NCBI GenBank assembly: GCA_048213135.1 | Contig: PS015537.1 | Span: forward strand, 1-42,795 | Direction: 5' to 3' | Source: Reclinomonas americana ATCC 50394 | Taxonomy: Eukaryota | DNA length: 42,795 nucleotides | Shown: positions 11,079 to 24,900 of the stretch, piece by piece | Layout: the number at the start of each line of letters is the position of its first letter | Position numbering within the stretch: position 1 is the first letter of the stretch | Notes under the pieces: model-generated | The model's input: only the letters and a program-made list of their open reading frames with translations | Told to the model about the DNA's origin: nothing | The model's database searches: none | Program-made: the position numbers and the translations under genes

Positions 11079-11954
11079 CCCTCCTCGGCAAGGACAAGTG
11101 GCAGCGTCGTTTCGTGCAGGTGCACGAGCATTACATTCTGTACGCGAAGAAGGCGGGCGCGGTGCGTTGTCTTACACCCTTCCCTCTGTCGACCCTCTAT
11201 CGACTCTCAATGGAGATCGCTGACCTTCTCTTGTCTGCGCAACGCAGACGACCCCATCGGGAGTCATTCCGCTGCTGCCCGTCGGCACCGTCAAGGAGTG
11301 CACCAAGACCGAAGGTCGATTCCGCGACTGCTTCGAGGTGGACCAGACGACGGTGGCCGCCTCGCCCAGTGGCGCCACCGGCAGCGCCTCCGCCGTCACC
11401 ATGACGACCACCACGGGATCGTCGTCGCTCTCCGGTCGTGTCGGCAAGAGCCGCTGCTTTGTCGTGCGGTCGCCCATGTCGGTGCTGAAGACGAGAACGG
11501 TGCGCCTCCCCAAGCTACAGTGCCTTGCGTAGCTCGTATCTTGACACTACTCCTAATGCAGGCCATTGTGACCGAGTCCACACTAGACGAGCTGCTGGCC
11601 GTTTCCTGCGCAGGCGGTGACTCGTCGCCACTGCGACCGCACCTGCTCGGCGCCCGATCGTACTACTTCCAGGCGGCCACCGAAGACGAGCGCAAGGAAT
11701 GGGTGTCAGTCATCCGCAACAACCTCAGCATCACTCGAGTTGCGTGCAACAAAAGAACACAAGCTCGTTGTGCTGGGCACTGAACGTCGCCACACTTGCA
11801 GGGTGGTCTGTCACGTGCTGCAGCTGCTGTGCGTCAAGCCATGCAATCCGTGGCCTGTGGCGTGGAGGGCATCAACTGGCAAGCAGTTCTCGACGAGCTG
11901 TACCCACCGGTGGCTCGAGCAGCGCAGTTGGCAAGGCAAAAGGCTGCAACGTAA
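11079..11954 (+). CDS. PH-domain protein, 3' exons
   Basis: LLGKDKWQRRFVQVHEHYILYAKK-TTPSGVIPL...CFEV...RSYYFQAATEDERKEWVSVIR; last intron A|GTTGCG at 11739; stop TAA at 11952-11954. Confidence 0.85.
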
Positions 11955-12032
11955 AGTAAAGGCGCAAAAAAAGGGCGTCCTCTCGTCCTTTGTTCTTCGT
12001 TTCTCTCTTGTTGTGAGAGAGCGCGTGCAGCC

Positions 12033-15000
12033 ATGGACGGGTACTTCTTCGGCAGTGCAGCTGCTGCTGTGGAGGACGCCGAGGCAGCTCGCAAAGCAGA
12101 GATTGAGCGCATTGCAGAGCATTGGGATGGTGTGTGTCTCTCACTCTCTCTCTCTCTCTGTGTCTCTCTCTCACACGCGCGCAAGCAGCATTCAGCTTGG
12201 ATGCAGTGCGAGGAGATCTCTTTGCAATGACCACCGAGTCAGCAGAGTGGAAAGAGGCGGCAATGCAGTCGCGGAAACGACTCGGAGAGCACACTCGAGG
12301 TGTGTGTGTTCTCTCTCTCACACACACTGTCTGCTGCCTCTCTCTCACACATGTGTGAGACACAGCATTTGCCACACTGAGCGATGCAGAGAAGCTCGGC
12401 AACGCTCTTCGCCAGTTGCTGAAAGAGTATCAACATGAGGTCGACAGTCTCTTCAAACGCGATGTGGTGCGCCACTCACACTCACAGGGAGAGAGAGGAG
12501 CGCTCTCATCGTGCAAGTGCTGACTCCTCTGCTGCGGCCACAGAAACTATCGCAGTTCGTGATTGAGTTGTACGGAAAGCTGCGGGATCTTCCGGATCCG
12601 ACAGTGGCTGTCAGTGTCGCGCGAATGCAGTATGATGGGGGATCGTTCATTGCGAGAGCGTTGGGCGGAGGCAGCAGTGGGGCGGCGGGTGCTGCGTCGG
12701 CTGAGGTGGCGCAGCTGCGACGGACGGCGACCGATCTGCAGGCGCAGGTGGAGCGCATGGAGAGTGAGTTGAATGCGGTGCATGAGCGACACGCGGCAGC
12801 GGTGATGCATGAGGTGTGCGCGTGTGTGTGTGAGAGGATGTCGCAGGGAGTATGTCTTGGAATGGCTCACTGTGTTGGGAGCAGCGCGAGGAGGCTGTGC
12901 GAGTGGCGCAGGCGTCGTGGGCGGAGAAGAGCAAGCTGAATGAGCAGGAACACTTGCAACGAGAGCAGTCGCTGTTGCGTGATGATGTTGGTGCGCTGTG
13001 AAAGGGGGAAGGGGCGCAACTGAGTGGCAAGTGTTCGTGGACAGGTATACGCAGCTGAATGAGTTGCAACGGGAGTGCGCCGACTTGCGGCAGACGCAGG
13101 ATCGGGTGAGTGCGCAGGCGTTGGATGCGCGCACTCGGCTCGAGTCGCAAATGGCCATCAAGGATCGCGAGGCCGAGTATCTGCGTGAGGAGGTGGAGCG
13201 GCTGCAGCAGCAGCTGGAGGAGGCGTTGCATGCGTCGCGTAGCTCGGCCGCCGCCGCCGCTGCCTCGCAGTACTCTGCGGCGGCCATGCATGAGCAGTCG
13301 CTGCAGATGGAATGTTGCGTGGATGTGGATGGTCACGTGTGTGTCGCACCCTCTGCTAACCGCCGTCCACAGTGGACCAGAGGAGAGCTGAAGTTTCCAA
13401 CCTGGAGTCGCAGCTGGATGCGGCCGAGAAGGAGCTGAGGGAACGGACACAGAGAGCGCAAGCCGAACGCACCGAGTGGGAGACGCGGTTGCGAGAGACG
13501 CAGGCACAATTACGCGCCGCAGAGAAGGAGGTATGTGCGTGTGTGTGGGCGAGGGAGAGGGAGTGTGTTCTTGCTTACGCCGTCACAGATCCACAGCCTG
13601 GCCGTGAAACTGCGACTCTTGTCGCCCGAGGACGGTGACGAGAGTGCGGCCATTGCCGACATTCGCGCATCGTCGCTGGAGAATATGTTGTCGAGCAAGA
13701 ACCGACGGTTGCTGGCTGAGAACACACAGCTCAAGGTTTGTTTTCGGGGCGCACGCTCTTGTCGCTAATGTGCGCTGACTTATCCTGTTCCAGTTGCGAG
13801 TGCAAGAGTTGATGACGGACGGTGACGAGCTGCGCTTGCAATTGGGCGCTGCCAACGAAGCCGCGCAGTCGTACAAGGCTCAAATCACCACACTCGAGGC
13901 ACAAGTGCAGCGGCTGCTGTCTTCATCAAACCCCTCGTCTCCGACGGCTGGTGGAGCTCGAAGTGCAGTGGGATCGTTGTCGGTATGTGGTTGAAAAGGG
14001 AAAAGCACGTGCAATGTTTTTCACTCAAAAAAGTCTCGCTCTGCGTGCAGAATCGTGTGGCCCCGTCAGACAATGACGACGCGGAGTCCACCAGCGGCAG
14101 CATCCTCCTGCAGGCCCTCGATGGCGACGGTGTTGCATCATCGCCTGTCCACTCTCCACGTTGCGTCGAGACAGTTTTTCTTGTTTACGAGTGCGTTGCT
14201 TTCTCACTCACTCGCTGTGATGCGCGCAGTGTCGGACTTTGGCTCGGCGACTGCATCACCACCGCGGGCTGCACCGGTGCGCTGCGGCTGTACTTCCTGC
14301 TTCTTTGTTCATTTTCCTGACTCGTTCCACCAGGCGGATCCACCCAACTCCCGGCGTGCAGCAGCCCCTGCTGGCCCGGCGGCCGACAGTGCCATTGTGA
14401 ATACCATTGCACAGCAGCGTGATCGCCTGCGTGAGAAGAATCAGGATCTGGAGCAGGTGCTGAGCTCGCATTCGACTTCCCAGCCTGCGAAACCCTCACT
14501 CACTGTGCATCACAGCAAGTGGAGTCGCTCCAGCAGCAAGTGCGTGCCAAGGGTCGCGAGATTGTGGCACTGACGGAAGACAACATTCGGTTGTACGAGC
14601 AGCTGCGCTTTGCGCGGTCGGCCACCAGCAAGGTGAGAGCGCGCACTGCTGCATGCAGCCCCTTCCTCGCCGCCACTGACCTATTGCGTGGGCAGGACGA
14701 CGACGACAGTGAAGCAGGTGGAAGTGGGTCGGCATCCTCTGCTGCCGCGGCTGGACTTAATCGGAGAGGCACCGGTGCACCCGACATGGAGGCCAAGTAT
14801 GCAGCCATTTATGAGCATCGCCTCGATCCATTTGCCGCATTCCACCAAAAGGTTTTTACGTGCAGTGTTGGGTGGCTGAAGGACGCCTGAGAACTCATCC
14901 CCTTCCCCTCTCACACGCACACAGGAGCGAGAGCGACGGATTGCTTCGCAAGGAGCCGCCGATCGGGTGGTTTTCAAAGCCAGCGAGATATTCCTCTCGA

Positions 15001-15202
15001 GTCGCGTGGCCCGCCTGTTTCTGCTGGGCTGTTGCGTGACTGCAGCTCTCCCCTTCTCTTTGTTTCCCGGTGCTAATCGTGTTGCACAGATGCCCTGCTT
15101 CTGCATCTGCTGGTTGGCGTGACGCTGTATTCCTACATGCTTGGCGGTGCCGGGAGCAGAAGAGGTGGTGGTGGTGGCGGCGGTGTGGGAGGAGGGGGAT
15201 GA
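12033..15202 (+). CDS. CASP: Golgin CASP/Coy1 (CUX1 alternatively spliced product homolog), 15 exons
   Basis: SRKRL, LLKEYQHEVDSL..R...LYGKLRDLPDP, coiled coils, QRDRLREKN, DNIRLYEQLRF, KYAAIYEHRLDPFAAF, and a C-terminal TM LFLLGYALLLHLLV with the conserved Tyr/His. Confidence 0.92.
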
Positions 15203-15251
15203 GGGGGATAACGAGTACAACAATGATACTAGATTGTTCTTTATACGCATA

Positions 15252-16996
15252 TCACCAGTCGCCACCGCCTCCGTCAAAGCCAGAGCCACCGCCAAAGTCA
15301 ACGTCATAACTGGAGCTGAAACTCGACTCGACCGACGCACCACCACTGTCGTCGCCGCTGCCGAACCAAGACGACGAGGAGGCGGCTTCCACGCCGGAAA
15401 AGTCTCCTACAACCGCTGTTCCATGATGATGATGAGCGACGACACACACGTGCTGCTGCTGCGGGGAAGCGGAAAGCTCACCTCCCGGGTACTGCACGTG
15501 CAGACTGTCGAGTGCCAGGTGATACCACACATCTGCAAAGTGCGCCTCCGTGTACACTCCGCTGCCGCTGGCTTGCTGGTCACTGCAACGGAAAAGGCAA
15601 GATAAGCAGGCGTCGAGGAACGCTCCAGAAGCCACGCCCTCACCTCGAGTCCTCCGCAGCCTGCTGCTTGCCACCCGAGTCGTCCTCGCTGTCGAGGCCA
15701 CGGTGGTCGAATTCTCGCGGCCGCGGCCGGCGACACGCCGGGCACTCGTCCTTGCGCTGCAGCCAGTCGCCGATGCACTTGCGGTGGAAGCGATGGCCGC
15801 AGCTGAGTGTCTCCGCGTCGTTGTCTCGTGCCTCTTGCGGCGGCTGTGGCTGCTCCTGTGCCTCCGACTCGGCACTTGGCGAGAAATCGTCCAAGCAAAT
15901 GGCACACGTGGTGCACTGCTGCCGCCCGCGTTCCTCCATCTCCAGGCGCAACTTCTCCAGCTTCTCTTTGGTGGCCCTGCGCAACACAGTCAGTTGGCGA
16001 CGAGGCGCATCGAAAGCAGCCCTCCCCATTTCCACGCAACTGGTAACGAGCCAATCGCTGCCGCCGGCGGTACCACCGGCACGGGTACGTCACGAGCTTC
16101 GGCAGCAACACAATGCCCACCACCAGCAACAACGGTAGCACATTCTCCAAGAACCACGGCAGGGCGGTGGTGCTAAACCACGACTGCGCATGTGCCTTGT
16201 TCTCGCGCAACAACGCCACCATTTGCCGTACCAGCTTCTCCACGCCCGCGTCGTGCTCGCCTCGTCGCATCTCCGGCTTGATGCTGTCGACCAGCTGCGA
16301 GGCCATGCTGCTCGAGATCACCTGCGAGGTTTGATCTGCACGCATCGAGTCAGCTGCCTGCTGATTGTTCCGATCGAGCTGCAGCAGACGACGCAACGGC
16401 CAGTGGAGATGTACGCCTTGCGGTTCTCAATGGCCACCAACACCACAGCACCGTTCTGGCACTCCTTGCGTCCCACACCCCACAGATCGTGCACCTTGCG
16501 GGCAAAGTCGTCCGACGACCAGTCTTCATGCAGTCGGCGAATGACCACCACTGCCACCTCATAGCCGGCTTTCCCATCGCCACACTCGTGCTGGTGATCG
16601 CGGTTCAGTGCACTGAGCATCCAGTCGATGCGGAAGGCACTGGAGGGCGACAGAACAGCGTCTGGGTTGGAGAGCCAGCGCGGAAGCCGCTCTTCCAACT
16701 CGTTCACATCTGTGTAATGCGAAATGAGTTGTCAGACGACAGACAACTCCTGTGCGTGTGAGAGAGAGAGAGAGAGGGTGTGACACGCAACGCTGCTCTT
16801 GCTCCTCTTCTGGGAGGCTCTTCCACTGTTCGCGAATGGGCGCAAAGTCTGGAGGAACTCGCCGGAGACCGCATTTGCCGGGTTCCTTCTTGGGGTGGCC
16901 GACCGAGTGTGGTGTGTGTGAGGCAGTCACGGATGCAGTGAAGGCCAGTAGCAGGAGCAAGGCACATAGGGCTGAAGCATGGGCGAGTCGCACCAT
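15252..16996 (-). CDS. Signal peptide, TPM (MOLO-1/TLP18.3) domain, TM, RING-H2 and Gly-rich tail ending in Trp; paralog A, 6 exons
   Basis: NPDAVLS, FARKVHDLWGVGRKECQNGAVVLVAIENRKAYISTG, IKPEMR; CAICLDDF...CGHRFHRKCIGDWL...CPACR; C-terminus FGGGSGFDGGGGDW*. Confidence 0.87.
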
Positions 16997-17123
16997 TGCT
17001 CTCAGAGACGAGCGAATGAACAAATGGAGGACACGTGGACAACTCAAGACACGTCGCACGGCGTTCCTTGCACTTCCTTTTCCTTCGTTTTACTGTACAA
17101 CGTCGCATTACTGTGGCGGCTGC

Positions 17124-18894
17124 TCACCACGATCCGCCACCACCACCAAAGCTGACACCGCCGGCGAATTTCGCCGCAGAGCTCAGCCAATTGGTGCCTC
17201 CGCTGCTGCTGGTGCCACCTGCTCCTCGGCGGGTGCCACTGCCCGAGTGCATCCACGAGAAGGAACGGCTGTGCCAGTCCAGAATGTGACCCGTTCCGTG
17301 GCCCGGGTAGCGCACGTGCAAGTTGCTCATGGCCAGATCGTGCCACGTCTCGGCAAAGGTGGCGGCCTGCACCACGCCGCTGCCCGACGCGCCTTCCCTG
17401 CGAGATCACGAGATGTGAGTGCGGGCCGCCACCTTTGCCGAGACGTGGCGACGCGCGCAACTGCTTGCCCGACGGTGAATTGTGGTCGTCGAGTCCGCGG
17501 CCGTCAAACTCGCGTGGTCGCGGGCGGCGGCACGCCGGGCACTCGTTCTTGCGATCGAGCCACTCGCTGATGCAGCTGTGGTGGAACCGATGGCCGCAGT
17601 TCAGCGTCTCCGGTCGCTCGTTCTCATTCACGCGTGCGCTGTTCTCGTCACCGTCATCTGCACCTCGAGTCAGTGGTGTCGTTCACCTCAGAGAAAAGGA
17701 TAAACGCCTGCAAGCACGCAACGACCCTCCAGCGCGTCGGTGCCCGGCAAGAACTCGCCGAGGCAAATGGCGCACATGCCACACCAGTCGCGCCCGCGAT
17801 TCTCCATCTCACTGCGCAGCTTGTCGAGCTTCTCCTTGGTGGCACGATAGCGCGCCATACGACGCCGCCGCATGAACCACGCGCACGGATACGTCACCAG
17901 TGCCGCCAGTCCACAAAACGCAAAGCACACAAGCGGCAGCAACACGAGTGGCGTCAACACCAAGAAGAAGCCGTTGACAATGGTCGCGATGAGGCGTGGC
18001 AACCACATGATGGCGCTCCACAGCATGCTCTCCTGCTCGTTGGCCTCCAACAGCACAGCAATTGACTCCACCAGCTTCTCCACGCCAACATCGTACTGTC
18101 GCGCCCGCATGTGCGGCTTGATATCGTCGATCAGCGACGAGGCCTTGGAGTCGGAGATCACCAGCGATGTTTGATCTACACAAGACTACAGGTCAGGCAT
18201 GTGCACAATACAATGAGAAGAGTCGGAGGTGTGCGCGCGCGCAACATCCAGTGGACACAAACGCCGATCGATCGTCAATCGCCACCAGCACCAGTGCGCC
18301 ATTCTGACACGTCTTCTGGCCTACACCCCACAGATCGTGCACCTTGCGAGCATATGACTCGGCCGACCACCGGGACGGCAACTGCCGGACCACAACAACA
18401 GCCACCTGTACGATACAGGCAGACAGACACGTGTTATGCTTGCGACTCGCGTACACAGGTTGATCGCATGCACGCCACGCCACACACCTCGTATCCCTTC
18501 AACTCGCCCCCGCAATCATGCGGGTGCTCTTGATAGAGCGTCGACAGCATCCAGTCGATGCGGAAAACGCTTTGTGGCGAGAGCACTGCGTCCGGATTCG
18601 ACACCCATCGCGGCAACGCAGACTCGGCCTCCTCTGCAAGCGGACACGTGTCACACACACACACACAGACTGAGCATTGCCTCTCTTACACACTCAACGA
18701 TAGACTCGCGCAGTCTCTGCAGCGCTCTTCCCGCTCACTCGTGCGCGGAGTGGCGCGAAATCAGCAGGCACTGCGCGCGCACTCAACGACGCCTTTGACT
18801 CTTTTGGATTGGGCAGTGCCTCGGGCGCGTACTTTCCCGCGCAGCTGCTGACAACCACAAGCAGCAGAAGAAGAAGAGTGAGGAGAAGACGCAT
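17124..18894 (-). CDS. Signal peptide, TPM domain, TM, RING-H2 and Gly-rich tail; paralog B, 6 exons
   Basis: MRLLLTLLLL signal, LPNPK, YARKVHDLWGVGQKTCQNGALVLVAIDDR; CAICLGEF...CGHRFHHSCISEWL...CPACR; C-terminus FAGGVSFGGGGGSW*. Confidence 0.87.
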
Positions 18895-18964
18895 TCTCAC
18901 AACGTGCAGTGACAAGTGTCGTGTATGACAGGATGTGCCGGATTTCCGCTCTCACGTGCTGCTC

Positions 18965-21900
18965 ATGGGCCGACGTCGCGTCTCAACGCAGGTTCGCTCC
19001 CGCATGCACTCCACACACCACTGCGCGTGTGCATGACGCGCATCCGCGCCAACCGGGGCGCGGGCCATGGCAATGTCACTCACACTCTCTCACACACACA
19101 CGCGCACGCACACAGGAGCGTGCTGCAGTGGTGGAGCGGCCTGGTGATGCAGCAGTCAGTGTGCCTGCGGAGCTGTTGGCGCGCGCGAGTGCATTGGATC
19201 AGCGGCGACCAATCGGCTTGTCTGCGCGTCTCGGGCATCACACGTTTGCCGCACAAGTCGAGGCCTTGAAAGCTCTTGGTGTGTGTGAGAGAGGAGAAGA
19301 GTGTGTGTGGTGTGCGTGTGTGACTGAATGAGCATTTTTCTGCAGAGAGTGCTCTTGTCGATGACAGTGACTCTGAGTGGAGACACGATGCCTTGTCACT
19401 GTTTGCTGAGCTGCTGGTGGCGCCCGAGTGCATGCCACATCGGAGCACGCTCTCGCGACTGTCACAGTCGGTGGTCGGCGATTCGTGGTTTCGTGAGTGC
19501 GTGCAGTCGGCTGTGCAGCAGCTGGCGGGGCGTTTGATGCGCGAGGCTGCGGAGGATCGCGAGGAGGAGACGGGTGAGGCGCGCAGTCGTGCGTTCCGCT
19601 CGTTGGTGCAGTTGCTCGGGTTTGCGCATTTGAGGTTGTTGGTGCTCGATAAGGAGGTGTTGGCGTCGGCGGTGGAGTCGTCGGCGGCGCGCGCACTGGC
19701 CGAGGTGTGTGGCGGAGGAGGAGGAGAAGAGAGAGACTGAGGCGAAGGAAGACGGGACAAGAAGAAGAAGGAGAAGAAGAAGAAGAAGAAGAAGAAGAAG
19801 AAGGAAGAGAAGGAGAACAAGAACCTTCGTGGTGGAGACAAATAGAAGACAAGAGGAACGCGGGAACACAGAGAGTAAGGTGGGAAGTGGGAAAGAAGGA
19901 GCAAAAGAAAAGTTGAAGGAGAACAGCCACCGTCTGCCTAAGCATCGGCTTGTCGCGGAATGTACACTCACGGGCGCGCAGGTGGCTGCTCACGAGGTGA
20001 TTGCGCTCGGTGCGTTGTGCCATGCCGGTCGCTCGGCGGCCGTGTCGCGGTGTCAGCGTGTGCAGGCGTGCATGCAGACGCTGTGCTTTCTTGTGCTGCG
20101 AGTGGCAGATGATGCGGTGGCGGTGGAGCCCGTGAGCACGCTGGTGCTGCTCGCCGCGCAAGTGACGGCTCTGCTGCAGGCCATTGGCTACATTTTGCGA
20201 TGCGAGAGCGTGACGGGTGATTTGCAGGGCGCTGGTGCCACGCTGGCCGCTCGGTTGCTGTGCGTGTCGGCTCCGCATCTCAGTGAGACGCAAGTGCTCG
20301 CGTCGCTCTTCTTCCCGACGGAGATGGGTGGCTCGTTGGTGCACGTGGAGCTGCGCGATGCGGTGGAATCCGCCGGCTTCCTGTCGTCGCTCGAGTCGTC
20401 GCCACCATCGTCGCTGTTTTGGGTGTGGCGTGCCATTATTGTGGAGATTCCAGTGCTCGATGTCTTGTCGCCACTGAGGTACGGTGGACGCAGTACTGGC
20501 TTGTCACTCTCTTTTTTTTGTTGTTTTGCCTGATCTTCAGTTGTATCAATGCGCAGTGCGACTGATAACCGGGCGGTGCTCACCGACGTGTGCCTGCCGC
20601 GCATTCTCGACACCATGAGTCGCCCGTTGCACACTTCCCACCGCATTCAGTGCGTTCGTGTGCTGGTGGCGTTGCTCAACAAGACTGCCGGTGCGGTGAC
20701 GGCGCTCAAGCGACGAGGTACGACTGCAGGAGGTTATTGTTGGGAAGGTGACTTGCTGATGATTTCATTGCGCAGATTCTCTCACCCGCGCGGCCTCCAA
20801 GCATTGTGTGTTCTCGCTGTCTGCGTCTCTGTCGGCCATCCTGCGAGTGATTCACGAGAGCGCCGAGGATGCCGATCGCGGTGTCAATGAGGCGGTGAGT
20901 GCTGCTCCTGTCTCCAACTCACGGGTGTCGGTGTCGTCTCTTACACCTGCCTTCCTTCTCATTATATAGGCCGCGGTGTTGTTTGAGGCATTGGTGCAAG
21001 CCGACGCGTTGTTGGAGAATCTCTTGCTGCCACTGGATCAGATTGTGCAGGAGTTGCTGCGTGGAGACTGGCTCAAGAAGGGCATCTATGCGCTCATGGC
21101 GGTGTTGGTGCGCGAGCGTGGTGTGAGTCCACTGCTGGCCGCCTGTCCGGATCTCCTGACGCGACTGTATGAGATGTCGTGGTGCGTTACGCTGCTGAAG
21201 ATCGTTGATCCCTTTGTCGATGTCGGTCTAATCTGCACTCGCTGCGGCACGTAGGCACAATGCCGTGGTCAGTCTGGCCAGTGAGGTCACACATCGCAGT
21301 GCGCAGTCGCTCGTGACTGAGCTCGAAACGACGCACAGCTCTGCCTCCAAGGTGATTCACACTCGCACCTTTCGATTGTGTTTCGTGTGCGCTGACGTGT
21401 GCGACAGGAGGAGCGCCACGCGATCTGGTGCAGCCAGGTGATCGCACCGCTGCTGCTGGTGCTGCTGCAGTCTCATGGATTGATACGTGACGGCATCATC
21501 ACCTACGTGCAACGACTCGCGCGTGTGTTCATGCCATCCATTCGCGAAATGCTGCGTGTGCTGCGCACGGGCGAGCTGCCGGCACCGTGGTGTGCGCATC
21601 TTCCCGACGTTGCGTACCCATCTGCGCGTGTGAGTGTGTCAATTATCCTGGCGCTCACCGACTCGTAGGGAGGAGCCAAGCTGCGCGGTCTGTTGACGTC
21701 GGATACGGTGCTGCCGCGTGTGCGTGCAGTGGTGTACGTGCTGCGGTGTTGTCGTGAGCAGGGCGTGTTGCGGACAGGTGGCATTGGCAACAGTGTTGAC
21801 AAGGGTCAGTGTGTGACCCAAAACCCCTCCGTGTGCATGCGTTGATGATCACTGTGAACCAATTGCAGATGAATACCTGCCGTACTCGTGGCTGCGTGCG

Positions 21901-24900
21901 GCGCTGGTAAGTGCCGACATGTATCTGGCCGGTGAGGCTGTGGAGTTGCTGGCTCTGGCCATCACCTCGCAGGAGAATCCCGACACACGAGTGTTTGGCC
22001 ATTTGAGACATGTGATTGTGGCGACCATCAAGTGCAACGATGCCAGCTTCCGGCAGCACTTGGTCGCCGTGTGCAAGCCCATGTTTGGCCGAGTTTCGCT
22101 TCTTTAGTCATGTTCTCTTATCGCGCCGTTTCTGTCGCTCAAATGCCATTGTTGCACAGTTGCGAGACAACCTCCGACGGCTGCACGGCATTGTGGCGGC
22201 CGCCAAATCCACTGCGGAACAGGTGGCCGATGCGTTGGCTGCGGCGCGAGGTATTCTCGACTTCTTCCATTGGCTGGCCGTGTTCCTGGAGAATGCATGT
22301 TTCCCCGGTGCCGCATTCTTCCGACGCATCTCGGCACTGGAGTTGTACAGGTTTGGGCGTGCAGAGGCCGCAGAAGTGCCTCCGGGGGACTGAGGGACTG
22401 ACTCAGTGATCACGTGTGCGTGTAGAGTGCTGGCTGATGTGCTGGCCAAGGACGAGGTGCTGCTTCGTGTGCCAGGCGATGAGGCCGATGCGCCGCCCGT
22501 GCTCTTCTCGCCGACCATGTGCGTTCTCCTGTTGAACACCATCACCAACAACTGGGATGCGGCGCGTGTGCTCGCTGTGCAGGTTTCGTGCTTGCACTGT
22601 CCTGTCCCCTGGGTAAAGCTGTCAGCTAATGCTGTTGGTCAACCAGATCCTCGAGCACAGCAAGCGCGGCGCGGTGCGCGAGTTCACACAGTCGGATCAG
22701 GTGGCCGCGTTTGTGAGCCATGCTCTACATCTGGCTGACTCTGCGCGGCAGCGTGATGTTGCGATTTCGACATTGTCTACCATCTTAACTGTATCTACTG
22801 ACGACGCATTTGCGCAGGCCGACTCCGCTGGACACATTTTCCGCTTGGTGTTCCGCAAGTGTGTGCTGGACGGCGATCTCGATGTGCGGGTGGAAGTCGA
22901 TGCGTCCACAATGCACTGTCATGCCACCGTCGCCAGCAAGCAGCCGGATCAGAGCAATGCCGGTTTGTGTTGCCTCTGTGGTCTCTCGATGCTTTATCAC
23001 TCGCTCTCTTTCTAATGACGTCTGTGCTGCAGATCGGGCGCTTGCGTTTGTGCAGTCGCTGGTGGATCTCGCGTCTTCAAAACTGCGATTCAATCGACGA
23101 TGTCTCGACGAGTCGCGACCTGTGGACGTGGTGGCAGTGCACGGAACTCTGCAGGCACTGCGGTGAGTGTGGTGTCAGCAACAGAGCTTGTGTTGAGAGA
23201 GAGAGAGAAAGGGGCTGACCACACATCGGCTGTACGCAGTCTCGTTGTGAGTGCGACTCCGGCTGGATTCCTCCGCGAGCCACGCTGGTGCGACGCGCTT
23301 CGCCAGTGCATTGCACTCGCCGACTATTCCAGTCAGGTGGGCGTCGACCTGATTGCTACGACCATGGTTCATGGCGACGTCCGCTTCGAAGGTGTGGACT
23401 GTGCATCTGTGGTTGACGCAGAGATTTATTCTCTCACTCCATTCTGATCAGACGAGACTGCGTATGATCGTGGCGATGGCGAGGTGGAGGAAGAGGAGGA
23501 GGAGGAGGAGGAGGAGGAGGCAGAAGATGATGGAGTCGACAAGGAGGCGGCTGAGGGTGGACAAGAGGGCGAGGGCGAGCTCAGCGAGAGCCTGGCACTG
23601 CAGCATCACGTGGCCAAGGGCTGGCAGATGATTGTCTTGTCGTCGAGCCTGCTGGCGCACATTGCCGACATTGCACCGCTGTCGTCCAGCAACGCGGTGC
23701 GTCTGTCTGTTCTTATTTCTCTTTGCACTGTCACGCTCGCTCACTTGCATGCGATGCAGACTGCCGAGGAGGAACGGACTCTGCTGGGCGTTGCTGACAT
23801 GCAGAACGTGGGCGCGTGTCTGCTGCGCAACATTTTGGGCACGAAGCACAATGGTGCGGTGGAAAAGTCGTACCCGGCGCTGGTGGTGGTCACACGTCGC
23901 TGCCTGCTGCACGAACACCAGGCCATCAGCCAGCTCCCTCTCCAGTGGTTGGAGGTTAGTGCGAGGGACGCCTTTCCACTGTGTTGTGAGAATGCTGATG
24001 AATGGGTGTGAACAGGATGTCATGCGCCGTGTGGAAGCCGCCACTCGCACCACGGTGCGCCGCAGCGCCGGTCTGCCGTTTGCGCTGATCGGACTGCTGC
24101 GGGGTGTTGCGTCACATTCTCCCCCGTGCACTGACAGCAGCCATCACTGTTTGCTGACCCCGCGCCACAGGAGCCACCCAATTTTCCGACTTCGCTGATG
24201 CGAGTTGCCATGGAACGGTTGTTGCGATTGGCTGCCGGCTCACCCGACCTGCCACGACGCGCTCGAGTGCATGCGCTGAATCTGATTCGCAAGCTCATGC
24301 TGGATGCGCAGCTGGCGGCGGACGTGGAGCCCTACATTTCTGCGGCGTACCAATTGGTGCTGGCTGGCTTTTCGGATCCGCAGTTTCGCTCTTTCACGCT
24401 GTGCGCACACCCGTTCTGTAGCTCACTCGGCACTGCGCAGCTGGGATGTACGCAACTCGTGCATGATGGTGTTCATGTCGTTGATTCGGCGATCTGTGCG
24501 AGTTGCGTCATTGGTTGTCGCATGTTCATCTCGCAGTCTGTGTGGACTCAATTCTTCGCTGCTTGCAGAGCACGGAGCATCGCATTGAGTCAACACGAGT
24601 CACTGGCCGTGAGTTCTTTGGCAAGTACCCCGAGCTGTTGCCACACATTCAGCGCACTCTGGAGGCCGCCGCCGTGCGACGAGTTGCGTTTTCCGCAAGT
24701 GTGTCGACCGCTCATCTCGCTAACTTTTGCCTCACAGGAACCCGGTGCTGCGCTGTCGGCATCCATCCGTCCCGAGCTGCAGCCGGTTCTGCTGCTTCTC
24801 TCGCGTCTCATGCCTGCCGCGCTCGGCTCACAAGGTGCCGATCTGTCTGCACTCGTGCCATCGGTGCTGGAGGCTGCCTACGCTCCGCAGTACATGGTCT

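Noticed and set aside
4174-11404. Long poly-S/L/R/E/P and X-containing ORFs
   Set aside because: These are artefacts of microsatellites and N-gaps. The same applies to 29495-32550.
12974-15036. Reading shifted donors as non-canonical G|TTGCG (TT-start) introns
   Set aside because: It needs a matching shift off the AG acceptor and would change the conserved CASP TM Tyr to Cys. GT-AG boundaries fit better.
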